A stretch of DNA of 64,000 nucleotides from Eledone cirrhosa (GCA_964016885.1 OZ024742.1:67704001-67768000); one strand, 5' to 3'. Shown: positions 1-22,657, numbered from the stretch's first letter. The notes: generated from the sequence alone by a model not told the origin. A program made the numbers and translations.

Positions 1-10128
<10,128 letters not shown>

Positions 10129-10184
10129 AAACAGAAAAGAAGGGATAGAGAGAGAAATATATAGATAGATAAATAGATAGATAG

Positions 10185-12560
10185 AACATCTTAGGAACGT
10201 GCCCCCAATGCCTTTCTGAACTCTTCGGCCTACAAGTGCATACTCCGATTAAGCCTTTTCACTCCTGCCATCCTCGCGAAATTCACCTACCTTTTAACCA
10301 ATTCATGAGGTGGAAGAACTCTCCTCGCCCACCTTCCTTTCAAAGAGGAACCTCCTTGGGAGAAATCGAAATTAGTCTATTTTCAGCAATTTCAATTGCG
10401 TCCACCGCACACCAGACAGAGGAAAACTGCCTCCTATCCCAGACTTTGCATATCGTCAGACAAGACATGCCCAGCGCTCCGCTCAAATGTTGCTGATAGC
10501 ATATGGATAGCTCGCGCAGTGAAATATGTGTAAAAGCAAGGGCTCCAAACTAATGAGGCGGGTACTGAAGCAAGACACGTCTGTCAGGCGGTAATAGATG
10601 ACGGAAGCGTTCCCTACCACCACTCACCTATTTCCTGTTAGCTTCCTTTCAGCCCATTTCTGTGTAACAATAATGACCCTGCTCGTTAACTCATCCCATT
10701 TCCAATCCGTCTGCACTCCCGAACTGAAACGTCCACCTTCCCACGGCGTTCTGAAGAGGTATAGCTTTGCCGTATGTTTACCGTTTGTGATATGTGTGGT
10801 TGTGGTAGTTTTCGTGAGGCTGGAGGTCGTAGTGGTTGTTATGCTAACGGCTGAGATGTTGGAGGGACTGTTGATGTTGTAGATATGTCTGTAATTGATG
10901 GATGTGGGTTCCCCGTGTTTTCTGACGTGCGTGTTGGTGTGAAGTAAGAACATTTTTTGTGTATATTTTGTTTCTTTCGTTTCGGCATTTCTCTCATCCT
11001 CATGTTGAAATGTAGTATTACCGGTGTCTGATGAAATTATCTCGCGCATGAGTGGGTTTGTGTTTGAGGCTGTGTGAGTGTCTGTGTATGTGTTTGTGTT
11101 TAGAGGGGATGGAGAAAGTGAGCTTCGTTAGTTGACCCAGTGACTGTTTCTAACAATTTCTGTTGTTTTTCTTTCTACTGATGGACGCTGTGTTGATGGT
11201 GTATCTGAAACTTCTGTTGGTGGTGTTGTTGCTGCTGCTGTTGTTGATGGTGTTGTTGCTACCGGTGTTGGTGCTTCTATTGTGCTGGTTCCTGTTGGTG
11301 CTGTTGATTCCCTAGTGTTGGCAGCCATAGAGGCCATGTATTTCCGTGTCTTACCTGAGGATGGAAAGCTCTCCAGTAGCCAGTCTCCACAAACAAAATG
11401 CAACGAGATCTTTTTTTCCTTAACCATAATATATAATTCCTCTCCAAACTGCAAGCGAATAAGTCCTGATATCTTATCGATCTTATTTGGTTTTGATATG
11501 GAAGAACACCTCCACTAATATTCCTGTCGGGTTCGTTTCTCCTCGACGTGGGAGTCACTGCCCTCAAAGAGCACGTAAGCCAATATGCTCGAAACATCCG
11601 ATTCCAGAGGATTCCTGAAATTCCGACCTTCAATGTCCTCCCTAAATACGCTGTATATATATTGTATTGGTCACTGCGACAAGGAATCACAGATTGTATT
11701 AGCGCCAGGAATTTACTTTTGAATAGCTCTTTCTATTTCTGATAGAGCTGCTGCTGCACGCTGTCTGGCTTTTCCCGAAATGCATCAGTAGTTCAAAGTG
11801 ATTTTGTAGCTTGTCGCCAACACCGCGGACAGGACGGCTACGACGTCCGAAGTCTTGTCTAACTTAACAAGTTTGACCGCTCGTTCCAAAGAAAGCGTAT
11901 GTGTCTATTGAGTCAATATTAAACATTGCTATAATTTTGCAGTTTTGCAGCCGTAACTGCAAATACCATATTGGTGTTTTTCATGTTGTTGTTAGTGTTT
12001 ATTTTGTTAATATTATTGTTGATGTTGTTGATGTTGTTGATGTTCTTGTTGTTCATGCAATATGTGTTGACGTTATTTGATGCGGTGGATTGTCAGTATC
12101 GGTAGCGCGTCTGATACCATTCTTTGCAGCAAAGAGTTACGGCCCTTTATGGTCTGAGTTCAAATCCCACCGATGTTAACTTTGCCTTTCATTTTAACGG
12201 GGTCGATAAAATAAAGCACCAGTAATACACTGGATTAATTGCTGGCCTTGTGCCAAAAGTAGAAACAGTTATTTGATGTGTTGCTGCTGTTTTTGTTTTC
12301 TTGACTTATATTATTTTTTCCTGTTGTCGTTATGGTGGCGGTGATGGTGCTGGCGGGAGGACCGGTAGTGACAGTGTTCGTTGTAGTGTTGTTGTAGCCT
12401 TTTCTTATGATTTTGTTTTTGTTTCTTATTTTGTTTTTGTGTCTCGAAGTTATTAAAAATCGGAAGTTTGCTTCGTACTTTTCCCGAGTAGAAATAGTGT
12501 TGTTGTCTTTTTGTTGTTAGTGTTGCTACTGCTGCTGCTCTCATTGACTTCTTTTTAACT
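10185..12560 (-). mobile_element. Degenerate, internally deleted Tx1/L1-like LINE (ORF1 relic joined to post-RT ORF2 relic)
   Basis: YNIYTAYLGRTLKVGI resembles ORF1 YTFFPTYMGKRTQKIKI of the 35-37 kb copy. WDELTSRVIIVTQKWAERKL and ASVIYYRL match ORF2 WNEVTAKVFALTQKWAECKL and ASAIYYRL. The 5' boundary is uncertain. Confidence 0.7.
12082..12273 (+). mobile_element. tRNA-derived SINE (family A)
   Basis: A-box-like TGTCAGTATCGG, B box GAGTTCAAATCC, central TTTGCCTTTCAT..GGGGTCGATAAAATAAAG.ACCAG domain, tail GCTGGCCTTGTGCCAAAAGTAGAAAC. Confidence 0.85.
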
Positions 12561-12782
12561 TTGGCACTTCCATTTTAATGAAGTACGATTGGGAAAAGAA
12601 ACAAACATGTCGACTCCAAGTGCTATTGATAGAGAGAAACAAGCCAACAAGTTTGGTTTACCTAGAAAACAGTATATGACCTTCAGACAAAGATGTTTTG
12701 AAAACACGATAATAAACAATGAACTTATTCAGCATATGTGTACCATGTCTCGTGAGAGCCAATAAGAACAATAACAATAATG

Positions 12783-12950
12783 ATTGTTTCTTCTTCAGGC
12801 ACAAGGCCAGCTATTTGAAGAGGGGGAAGTCGTAAGGATGAAAGGCAAAGCTAACCTCGGTGGGATTTTGAACTCAGAATGTAAAGGGTCGTAACTCTAT
12901 GCCACAAATCATGTTGTCCGAGGCTCTACCGATACTGCCAGTCCGTCGCC
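12783..12950 (-). mobile_element. SINE family A (internally deleted)
   Basis: Reverse complement of the family consensus. Confidence 0.8.
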
Positions 12951-13955
12951 AAACATTATCCTGCTAACAGTGTTTAAGATTGGAATTTCGTGTAGAAGGC
13001 TGAGATTCCACCTAATTTAAGTTTAACATTGTAACCTTTTAGGAACTTTCAAATTCTGTTAACGTCTCTTTTCCATACATCAAATTGTTCTGCCGAAAAG
13101 TTGAAACTTGATTGTTTTCCTCTGTATAACATTTATTCTAATGCTTCAGTTATTTGTATTACACTTTGTTGACGTAATTTTTCATAGGTTTTTATGGCAT
13201 TTAGTGATTAAATTCAACTTAATAGACTTCACTGTTTGAAATGATTCAGGCTACATTCCGAATTACCTGTCCCCAATAATGTTCCAGCATATTATCAATT
13301 TGGCCTGTCCAATTGAGGTGCTCGAAATATTTTTTGTACCGAGTAGTTCGTAAGAATAACTTTAACAAGAATAAAAAATAATAAATCATTCGAAAATTGA
13401 TTCAATTTATGGTGTGATTATAATATTTTCAAGGGCAAGAATTAAGCGATAGCTAGGGCTACATAAACTGATATGAAAATAACGCCGAAGAATTCACCTT
13501 CCATTCCCATACCATGATCCATTATGTCTTACCAATATTTTCATCATTCTTAAGAAGCAATTCAACTTCAATTTCAATATTTACACACTCAAAACATATC
13601 AAGCCTACCCTATGGATATATATTTGTCCTTGTAACGCTTCTTCGTTATTTTATTGCGTGATTTTCTTTTCTTTTTAATATCTTCTTTGGCAATTGTCTT
13701 CGATTATAATTTAGAAATACACAATATTCACTGGTGAATGTGGCGGAAATTGATCCATTAACCATCCGTTGGAGAGGTTTTAAATATCTCATATTTCCTG
13801 AACGAATTCAAATTCTTTAGTAAACACTTCTTTTCTCTGCGATGCTTCTTAATATCTCGGAGCATCTAGTAATTTAATCACTTTCCCTCTGTATAGATAT
13901 ATAAATATATGTGTGTGTGTTTTGGCTTGTATGTATACATATACAAATACATTCG

Positions 13956-13989
<34 letters not shown>

Positions 13990-14881
13990 CATATGCGTGT
14001 GTGGGTGAATGGGTGTGTGTACGTATAAAGAAGTATAAGTTAAGCATTGCTAAAACAATTGGTATTCGGCACAATGAAAAATAAGGCTACTAACTTAGTT
14101 AATGGAATAATATATTGAAACTGATAGGAAATAGACACGTGATCCAAAGCCAACGAATATATACAGGCAGTCAATAAACAAGACGCCTAAAGATGTTTCC
14201 ATTACCAATAGGAGTATATATTTCAGAGAACAGAACTACAATATATACAATTTAGAATTGTTTCATCGTGAAATATGGTGGAATGACTATGCTCTTAATT
14301 TAACATGAATGAAGTTTAGATGGGTTAAATAAGTGAAAACAGGGGTAGGATTACAGTGAGTATTATAAATAGTGGAGTGGAGTAAAATAGGCTAAGTCCT
14401 ACCGATAAGTAAAATGTAGATAATTATCAATGTGTAAAATTATTTAGGGAATTCTAAGTTGTAATGGTGAGTGGATATTTGTTGACTATACTAATCTAGG
14501 TAAATAATAAAATTAGCATACTACGTTACATTGATGGGTTTAGTTCAATGTGCTAATCTGAAATAATGAGTAAAATTTACTTTGGTCCGCTAAGCAGAAG
14601 TAATATGTAGTGCTTAGTTGAATATATAAACTTTTGAGAAATTCGGCTCAGCATTCTAAATTTTATACATAGAATGGTGTTTAATTGAATATGCTACAAT
14701 ATCTTGATGAGAGATTGTGAGCTCAGCATTCTAAGTAACACAGATGAATACAGTTTACACCAAAACACTGCTACACTCATGAATGGAATACAGCTCGGCA
14801 CGCTTTATTCTTTAACGCAGTGATCTCGATTTTGTGTTCTTTTCTTGTTTATTCAGATATACTGGATCCAGTAAAACATAT

Positions 14882-15054
14882 TTTCTACTATAGACAAAAG
14901 GCCAGCAATTTTGGAGGAAGGGAAATCGATTAAATCGACTCCAGTGTATTACTGGTGCTTTATTTTAACGACACCTCAAGGATGAAAGGCAAAGCTAACT
15001 TAGGCGGAATTTGAACTCAGAACGTAAAGGACCGTAACTCTATGCCGGGAAGCA
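14882..15054 (-). mobile_element. SINE family A, 5'-truncated
   Basis: Reverse complement of tail, central domain and B box. Confidence 0.8.
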
Positions 15055-16502
15055 TTAGATTTTTCTTAGGAAAAATTGCAGAACTATTTTAATACTCCTG
15101 TAGCATCTTGGCTCATTATTGTTTAGCATGGGTGAACTATGTTCCCTCTGTGACCATAACATCGTTTTGTATATCACACAGTACATTCTCTATTTCTCTA
15201 TCTATCTTCGTTTATTTCAAACATCGGGGATTTTGTGAAAACTATTTCCTTCTACATCGTGAGAATCCCTTACTCTCATTTCTATATTCTCTCGTTAGCA
15301 TGTTTGGTTGTATTCACGGGTGTTCTGTTCTCTACATTTATTTAAATATTCGATTCTCAATAAACTAATGTTTACATTTTAACAATAATTTAATGTGACA
15401 TGAACATACCAAATATAAATTCCTCATATATTGCTAACATACCTATGTAGATCTACTTATTAAGCCGAAGAAGACACAAAAGATCTCTAAACACAATGCT
15501 ACAAGAACTTTTAGATTTGACGCATAAACATCTGCACATATTTTGAGAGAAATAGGTTAGTGATTCCAGTGTGCTTCTTAATAATGGTGTGAAAGCAATA
15601 TATCACCATTAGACTAACATAACCTTTAACAGTAAAAAGTATGCGCTGGTACAATAGATGTCAGAGAGAGTGATGAGTGAAAGGTCTGATAAATGCATTT
15701 TGCTTGGCTTGGTGATCTGAGTTCAACGCTGCAGGTGTGCAATAACTTCACTGATATAGAAACTGTCAAAGTAATGTATCCTTTATTCATTACATACAAG
15801 AGATGTCATCATTAATGATTATACAACTCATTAGGTTTTCTATATATGAGACAATATGTGGTAGTACAGACTACAAATTTCTAAAATCTATCATACTATT
15901 GTGATAGATACGTACAATCGTGGAAGTATAACTTGGAATGAAATAAGCTGTCTCGAGCAAACCGAAAATTAATAGATTTCAACTATTCCGAAACACATTC
16001 TGAGTCAATAAAACAAAATTCATAATCGCGTTTTCGTGGTCAAAATGTTTTATTACAATCCAAATCTGGTTTGACCCAGTTTAAATTTAGAAATATGTGT
16101 CTTTCATATACGAGTTACTTTGGTAAAATATGGAACAAACTTCAATATTATTCACCCATAATCAAACAAAATACTACATCTAACATTCCATATTCTCTTA
16201 CACAATTATATCTTAATTCAATCATACAGAAGTATATAGCTAAATAAACAGAAATTAATATACACACAGACAAAATAACAAAAAACATCATACATAAGAC
16301 GTACATATTACGTTTCAGCAGGTAGTCACATTACGACGCCTGCATAATATATTCTATTTCTGTTCACGTGTTATTATATTGAATTAATTAGATTGAACAG
16401 GATCATGTTATTGAGTTAATTACGTCATGAATACACAGCGAGACATTATCTCTCTCCTCTCTCTCTCTCTCTCTATATATATATTTTTTTCTTTCTTTTT
16501 TT

Positions 16503-17283
16503 AGTATATGTTGCTTGTTTACCGACACCTCAGTATGCAGATTGGAGCACTTGACGAAGTACGCAGGTTTGTTTGGTTACTCCGGAGTAATGTAAAATAA
16601 AGTAATTAAGTCAAATATTTAAGATTTGGCTTTGTTTATTAAAGATGTACTTCTATATATATTTCGGTGACGGCCATCATTGGCTGTGACCTCTTGAGGC
16701 AGTTCTAATTGGTGTGGTAGAGTCAGGTACACATGTTGTTAAAGTGTTTTACTCCGTCAATACTCCGATATGTCCAGCTCCTGGTTGGGTTGTTATTTCT
16801 CTGAGGAACTGGAATCAACCCACACGCACTCATTCTAAAGACAGCAGCAGTAGAACTAAGGCTGACCTGCCAGCTGACCCCCTAACACTAATAAACACAA
16901 TGGAGGAGGTCAGCTGTACTTAACAAAAACAACCACAACAGATTGTCTTGCTTCAGGAAAAACATTTCTATAGACTTTTGACTGAGAAATGTTCTCACAA
17001 CTGATCAATGGGAGGAGAGAGTGTCTATGAAACCGAAATTCTTTTGTTCGAATTCATATGATTCCAGTTCCTCAGAGAAATAACAACCCAACCAGGAGCT
17101 GGACATATCGGAGTATTGACGGAGTAAAACACTTTAACAACATGTGTACCTGTCTCTACCACACCAATTCGAACTGCCTGAAGAGGTCACAGCCAATGAT
17201 GGCTGTCACCGAAATATATATAGCAGTACATCTTTAATTAACGAAGCCAGATCTTAAATATTTGACTTAATTACCTTATTTTA
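16503..17283 (+). mobile_element. Fold-back PLE-like remnant with ~225-bp inverted arms
   Basis: 16593-16817 is the reverse complement of 17059-17283. The left arm has an extra ~90-nt tail. TA/TC microsatellite flanks; contains a hammerhead. Confidence 0.8.
17173..17227 (+). ncRNA. Type I hammerhead ribozyme (intact core)
   Basis: ACTGC-CTGAAGA-GGTCACAGCC(AATGAT)GGCTGTCACC-GAAA-TATATA-TA-GCAGT: stem I ACTGC/GCAGT, 9/10-bp stem II, palindromic stem III, AUA cleavage triplet. Confidence 0.85.
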
Positions 17284-17411
17284 TATATATATATATATAT
17301 ATATATGAAGTAATAATAATAATAATTGTGAAGACTAAATTTCGAAAAGGGTTCGATAAGGATAATATGTATATATATATATATATAAATTTATAAAACT
17401 ATAGAGCAAAT

Positions 17412-17514
17412 ATTTATTAAAATAACAGATTAAAGTTTAACCAAAGAATCGCTGCTTTCATCCTTAATGGGATCTTCTGAAACTTGAGTTTCAGAAGATC
17501 CCGTTAATCTGTTA

Positions 17515-17521
<7 letters not shown>
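17412..17521. repeat. Small fold-back of a dispersed family (relatives at 41811-41880 and 59020-59050)
   Basis: TTAATGGGATCTTCTGAAAT-like arm pairs with GTTTCAGAAGATCCCGTTAA; outer ATTAAAATAACAGAT/ATCTGTTATTTTAAT; TA flanks. Confidence 0.7.
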
Positions 17522-17560
<39 letters not shown>

Positions 17561-17728
17561 GGGGGGGGGGGGTATTTCCGTAGACGGTTATGTGGGTTTA
17601 TATGTATGTATATGTATGTGTATTTGTATGTATATTTTTTTCCGTAATAAGATATTCGTTTCCTTTAACTCAGCCCCACTTTCACTTTTAAATAGATATA
17701 TTTTTCAAAATTTATATCCAGAACATAA

Positions 17729-17805
17729 TTATTTTGTCTGACGAATGAACTGGATGTTTCTTGCGAGAATCATCTAGTTTCTTGAAACGTTTGGTAATGA
17801 AATAA
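17729..17805 (+). ncRNA. Type I hammerhead ribozyme with extended stem II
   Basis: TTATTTTGT-CTGACGA-(GAACTGGATG..CATCTAGTTT stem)-GAAA-CGTTTGG-TA-ATGAAATAA: 9-bp stem I with two GU pairs, GUA cleavage triplet. Confidence 0.75.
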
Positions 17806-17831
17806 TAAAATGTTTTTGTTTATTATGTGAT

Positions 17832-17885
<54 letters not shown>

Positions 17886-18014
17886 AGGTTATATTTAATT
17901 TGTTGGGATACATCAAGCAAAATATTTTCATAACTGATATAAAGCACTCAACAAATTATTGGAGTAAATGTACAATATATTAACAAATGGAAACTATATT
18001 TATAAAACCATATT

Positions 18015-18080
18015 TATTTCATTATACATATTTCAAGGACCACCAAAGCAAATTATGATGCGCTTTCATCAGATAAAATA
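18015..18080 (-). ncRNA. Type I hammerhead ribozyme
   Basis: Reverse complement reads TATTTTAT-CTGATGA-stem II-GAAA-TATGTA-TA-ATGAAATA. Confidence 0.7.
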
Positions 18081-18200
18081 TAATATAGGTTAGTTTTATA
18101 AATAAATATTGACATACCCATAAAAAGTGCAACCATTTCTGGTTGGAATCTCCTCGATATGGGTATGTCAATATTTATTTATAAAACTACCCATATATTA

Positions 18201-18266
18201 TATTTTATCTGATGAAAGCGCACCATAGTTTGCTTTGGTGGCCCTTGAAATATGTATAATGAAATA
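18201..18266 (+). ncRNA. Type I hammerhead ribozyme
   Basis: TATTTTAT-CTGATGA-AAGCGCACCA..TGGTGGCCCTT-GAAA-TATGTA-TA-ATGAAATA. Confidence 0.75.
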
Positions 18267-18317
18267 AATATGGTTTTATAAATATAGTTTCCATTTGTTA
18301 ATATATTGCATATATAC

Positions 18318-18351
<34 letters not shown>

Positions 18352-19508
18352 GAGAGTGTATCTGTGAATGTATGTATATGTGTATGTATTAATTTATGTA
18401 TAAGTGAGTATATATACATATATATATGTGTGTGTGTGTGTGTTTGTTTGTGTGTGTCTGTGTGTGTGTGGTTGTGTATGTATGTATGTATTTTTAAAAA
18501 AAATCTAAATTAACACACAGGCTCTCACATCAAATCGCTGGAAAAGAAGTTTCACACAGAAATATATTTATACCTCTAATTTTTATTCATTCTATCTCAC
18601 CAGTTTACACATTCGCCTTTCCTTGCACGTCCTGAATCTATTACGCATCTTTGATCTATTATTGTCAATAAAATTAATTTCAGCCAGACATTTTACAACG
18701 GGAGCAGAATTATGTGCTTTGTAGAATTTGGATACATTTTATTAGGTTCTGTGTTCCAAACTTGCTATGTTCAATTTTTGATTTTCTTCACCTACAGGTG
18801 ATTTATTAATACATACTTTTTATACAGTTGTGTCAATATAAGTATTGTTGGCGGTATTCTTAAACAAATGTCATGCCTCTATGCCAGACTAATGAATTAT
18901 TATTGTTATTTATCAATGAGTCTTGATATTTATTGTAATTTCTTTACTGTGCAACGCAGATATATTACTAAATTCTAGTTATATTATTGAATAATGTATT
19001 CAATATCATCTGTAATTTTTTACTGCGAAATGCAGATAGTATACTGAATTCTTGTTATTCTTGTGAATAATGTATTGGTTGCCATCTGTTTGAATAGATA
19101 CAACAGGTAGATATTTTTGTCCTGGTCATCTTTGGTTATTCTATACTGTTGATAAGCTTGGTAGAATTTGATTTGTTTTAGAATCTCCGAACATTTAAGT
19201 AATTTCACATTCTCTTCAACCGTTTGCATAACTTTTCTACGAATATTTCACAATACTGGAATAATTTCCACCGTACAGAAACTTCCACCCCATCATGCAT
19301 ATATATATTTTATCTCTTGCCTAACTTCAGTCAGCAAAGAACAATGCGATTGATTAATGCTTAATACCTTTCACATACCCCGCAGTTAGTGTTTATAACA
19401 TTTTTTTATCATTTTGTGACCACCAGCGTTAACAAATATATCAGCGGAGTACGTTAAACATTTATGCAAAAACGTATGTATAGTTGAAAATGTCCTTTAT
19501 TAAATATT

Positions 19509-19726
19509 TGTTTCTTATATATAGGCACAAGACCGGCAATTTTGGGGGATGGGAAAGTCGATTAAATCGAACGCAGTGTAGGACTGGTACATTATTTTAT
19601 CGACCCCAAAATGATGAAAGGCAAAGTTAACCTCGGCAGGATTTAAACTCAGATCATAAAGGGCCATAACTCTATGTTGCAAAGTATGGTGTTCGCCACT
19701 CTACCGATACTGCCAATCCACCACCC
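19509..19726 (-). mobile_element. SINE family A (long variant)
   Basis: Reverse complement of the consensus, with the extra GGGAAAGTCGATTAAATCGA segment. Confidence 0.85.
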
Positions 19727-20157
19727 TTTATTAAATTTTATTCTGAAACACTCCTACATATGCTGTTTACACCATTCTTAAATATCTTAAGTGGTTTGAA
19801 TTAATCTGTTTAGAAAAGAAAATTCCTCCTTTTTGCCATCTGTAGGTTGAGTGTTATCTAGTGGTTAAATCTGGTGTAATTTATAAAAGTTTAGCTGAAG
19901 ATGTACTGGTGCAGAATGACATTTTAAATCAAATTTGTTTATAGCTTTACTGGTTTAAGCGTTCATGCAGTATGAAATGTCTAAACGTTGAAACTTTCTC
20001 TCCGTAGAATCAGTAGCAATGAGGAAATCCGCTTGCCGAAGGTGTCATATATGACCCAATCACTCGAGTAGCTGCACATGGATACATCAAAACGATTGTC
20101 CAATATTTCTTATCCCGTATTAGCCAATATATCAAGGCAAGTAATTTCGGTTCATTA

Positions 20158-20345
20158 TGGATTGGCAGTGTCGGCAGAGGGTCGGACACCATGCTTTGAC
20201 GCATAGAGTTACGGCCCTTTCCATTCAGAGTTCAAATTCCACCGAGATTAACTTTGCCTTTCATCCTTACGGAGTCGATAAAATAAGGTACTAGTAATGC
20301 ACTGAAGTAATTGCTGGCCTTGTGTCAAAAGTAGAAACAATTATT
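20158..20345 (+). mobile_element. SINE family A
   Basis: Match to consensus with A and B boxes. Confidence 0.88.
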
Positions 20346-21207
20346 ATCACGATATACATTTTTTCTTCATACCCTGAATGTTAATTCAGAATAAGATTAT
20401 TGCTCTCAGTTGTTCCCTTATATCAATCCCTGCTACTCCCCAAGTAACTATTCACTAAAGACCTGTTGATGTCAGATTTCTTCCATGCTTTCTTTCTTAC
20501 CTCTAATAATCTACTTTCATGTGTGCGGGTCCGTGTACTTGACGGTATTTCTCAGGATGAATTTCTAACAGAATTAGATCTAACAACAGCCGAGTGACTC
20601 TTACAAACTCTTAAACACAGCTTTCATGTAGCAAAGATCCTGGATGAGACTGTGTCTTGTCAGAAATCATGAACGTGTATGACCATGATTTGACTGAATG
20701 GTGTGTCATAAAGCGATTCCGATTACCGATTATCCACGGTGCAATGTATATTTGGTTTCCTCTGTAATTCAACGTTCCATAACAATTCTTTTCTTTATTT
20801 CACTGTGTTATTAATTTATATGCTCGGAGGTCAGATAATCGCTGACCTATGAAAACATTTCAATATGTTTCTGCTCGGTCTGTAAAAGGTAGCCCCTCTT
20901 TTGATATATATATATGTATATATACTAACTTTAGAGCCACTACTGTAACAACAAGAAAGCTTGTGATGAGCCTACATCAACTGTAATGCAGAAGATCCGT
21001 GTCAACATATGTTGGCGACATTGCTGTAAACGTGTCGAAAACCAAGAACATCAAGGTGAACGGCATAAAAATATGAGAAATAAGTGATACATATAAATAT
21101 TTGGCTCTTTTTTTATTTCTCTACCATAGCGTGTATCTATGAAGTCGTAAACAATGTAGCAGGATGGAATATATGAGTAAAAAAAGATATTGCTTAAAGT
21201 TAATAAT

Positions 21208-21343
21208 TGTTTCTATTTTAGGCACAAGGCCAGCAAATAACCAGTGCATTACTGGTACTTTATTTTATCGACCCCGTAAGGATGAAAGGCAAAGTTAACC
21301 TCGGCGGTATTTGAACTCAGATCATAAAGGGATGTAACTCTAT
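21208..21343 (-). mobile_element. SINE family A, 5'-truncated, with ~17-bp target-site duplication
   Basis: Flanked by TGCTTAAAGTTAATAAT on both sides. Confidence 0.88.
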
Positions 21344-21391
21344 GCTTAAAGTTAATAATGAGGGGGGAAAGATATTATATATGTGTCAGTG

Positions 21392-21423
<32 letters not shown>

Positions 21424-21595
21424 CTTGCGTATGAGAAAGAGAGAAACACATGTATATTGTTCATGATACAATGTTATGAAATAAAAAGAGGCATATAATA
21501 ATATGGATATATGATGGAATGGATATATATTATTATAGTTTTATCTTAAAAAATAAAATATCACCCAAAGGAAAAGAGAAAAAATAAACAATGGA

Positions 21596-21596
<1 letters not shown>

Positions 21597-21680
<84 letters not shown>
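21597..21680. repeat. (TA)n microsatellite
   Basis: Direct reading. Confidence 0.95.
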
Positions 21681-21690
<10 letters not shown>

Positions 21691-22439
21691 TTCTCTTTTT
21701 TTTCATATATATATATATATATAGTTATATATATGTGTGTCTGTGTGTTTGTGTGTATGTGTGTGTATGTGTAGTAATATCGGTTGGAGTGAAAAAGGAA
21801 AAAGGAAAACAGTGTTCAATCAGGAAGAGAGCTGAAATATTATGTTATTTATTTATGTTCATACATGGAATAAAAGCACTATTTAAGGTTTCAAGACCCA
21901 ATAATAACCATATCTCCCGAATGTAACAGGGATCAAAATTGTGACCTAATCTTCAGGCACTAATACAAGTTTAATAAGGTTCTGTTAAACGTAATGCGTG
22001 CTAAAAACGGCACTTTACGAAAAATGCATTATAACAAAGTGGTATAAGATGTGCATTTGATGTAAATCTGAAATGCGAGATCGTGCTAGTGTTATTGTTC
22101 GTCGGTTATAGCAGAAATATAGTATTATGTGGGGGAATGTAATATAAGGTGGTAATATTTATTAAGATATGGTATAGAGTAGTATAGAAGATGTATTGTA
22201 TTATTTAAGTGTGGAAATAGGAAGAGAAAGAAAAGATATTATGGAAATATATAAATCGTACATGAGGCGGTTGGGAATCAGTCGAATTTGTTAAGTATTT
22301 TTACTTAGAAAGCACTTGACTGATGTGTTGGAGGCATCCTCTAAGGATTTCGCTCTTTGAATTCAAATAACTATTGTTCGAAGATGAAAAACCTTGTAAT
22401 ATTCAGAATTTCTCCCTCAGACAGAGGCGAGGTTACTTT

Positions 22440-22657
22440 GGTGGATTGGCAAAATTGGTGGAACGTTGGACATATTTTTCGGCATATAGTTACGTCCCTC
22501 TACAAAGTTCTAAGTTCAAATTCCGTCGAGGTTACCTTTGCTTTCCCGCCTTAGGGGTCCATAAAATTAAGTGCCAGTAATGTAATAGCGACGATTTAAT
22601 CGAATTTCTGCTTTCCCCTAAATTATTGGCCTTGTGGTTAAATCAGAAACCGTTATT
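22440..22657 (+). mobile_element. SINE family A, old diverged copy
   Basis: GGTGGATTGGCA head, AAGTTCAAATTCC B box, degenerate central domain. Confidence 0.7.

Larger units (their letters stand above)
17881..18310. mobile_element. Minimal fold-back copy of the PLE family at 54740-58583, with a hammerhead in each arm
   Basis: Arms 17973-18122 and 18158-18308. Sequence matches 58370-58600, including the one-sided tail. TA flanks. Confidence 0.85.
18540..20900 (-). pseudogene. Unidentified degraded coding relic interrupted by two SINEs
   Basis: Long protein-like minus-strand frame with scattered stops (e.g. TFSTIHTFLHKCLTYSADIFVNAGGHK...RRKVMQTVEENVKLLKCSEILKQIKFYQAYQQY). No family recognised. 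Confidence 0.3.

Noticed and set aside
12082-12170. tRNA genes suggested by A and B boxes
   Set aside because: These are SINE heads followed by a central domain, tail and TSDs
21591-21926. YI/CV/HT/RE-repeat ORFs here and at 41.7, 42.1, 47.8, 48.6, 50.4 and 58.9 kb
   Set aside because: Translations of microsatellites
21876-21961. CTGAAGA...GAAA on the minus strand
   Set aside because: Stem I relies on GU pairs; stems II and III do not form
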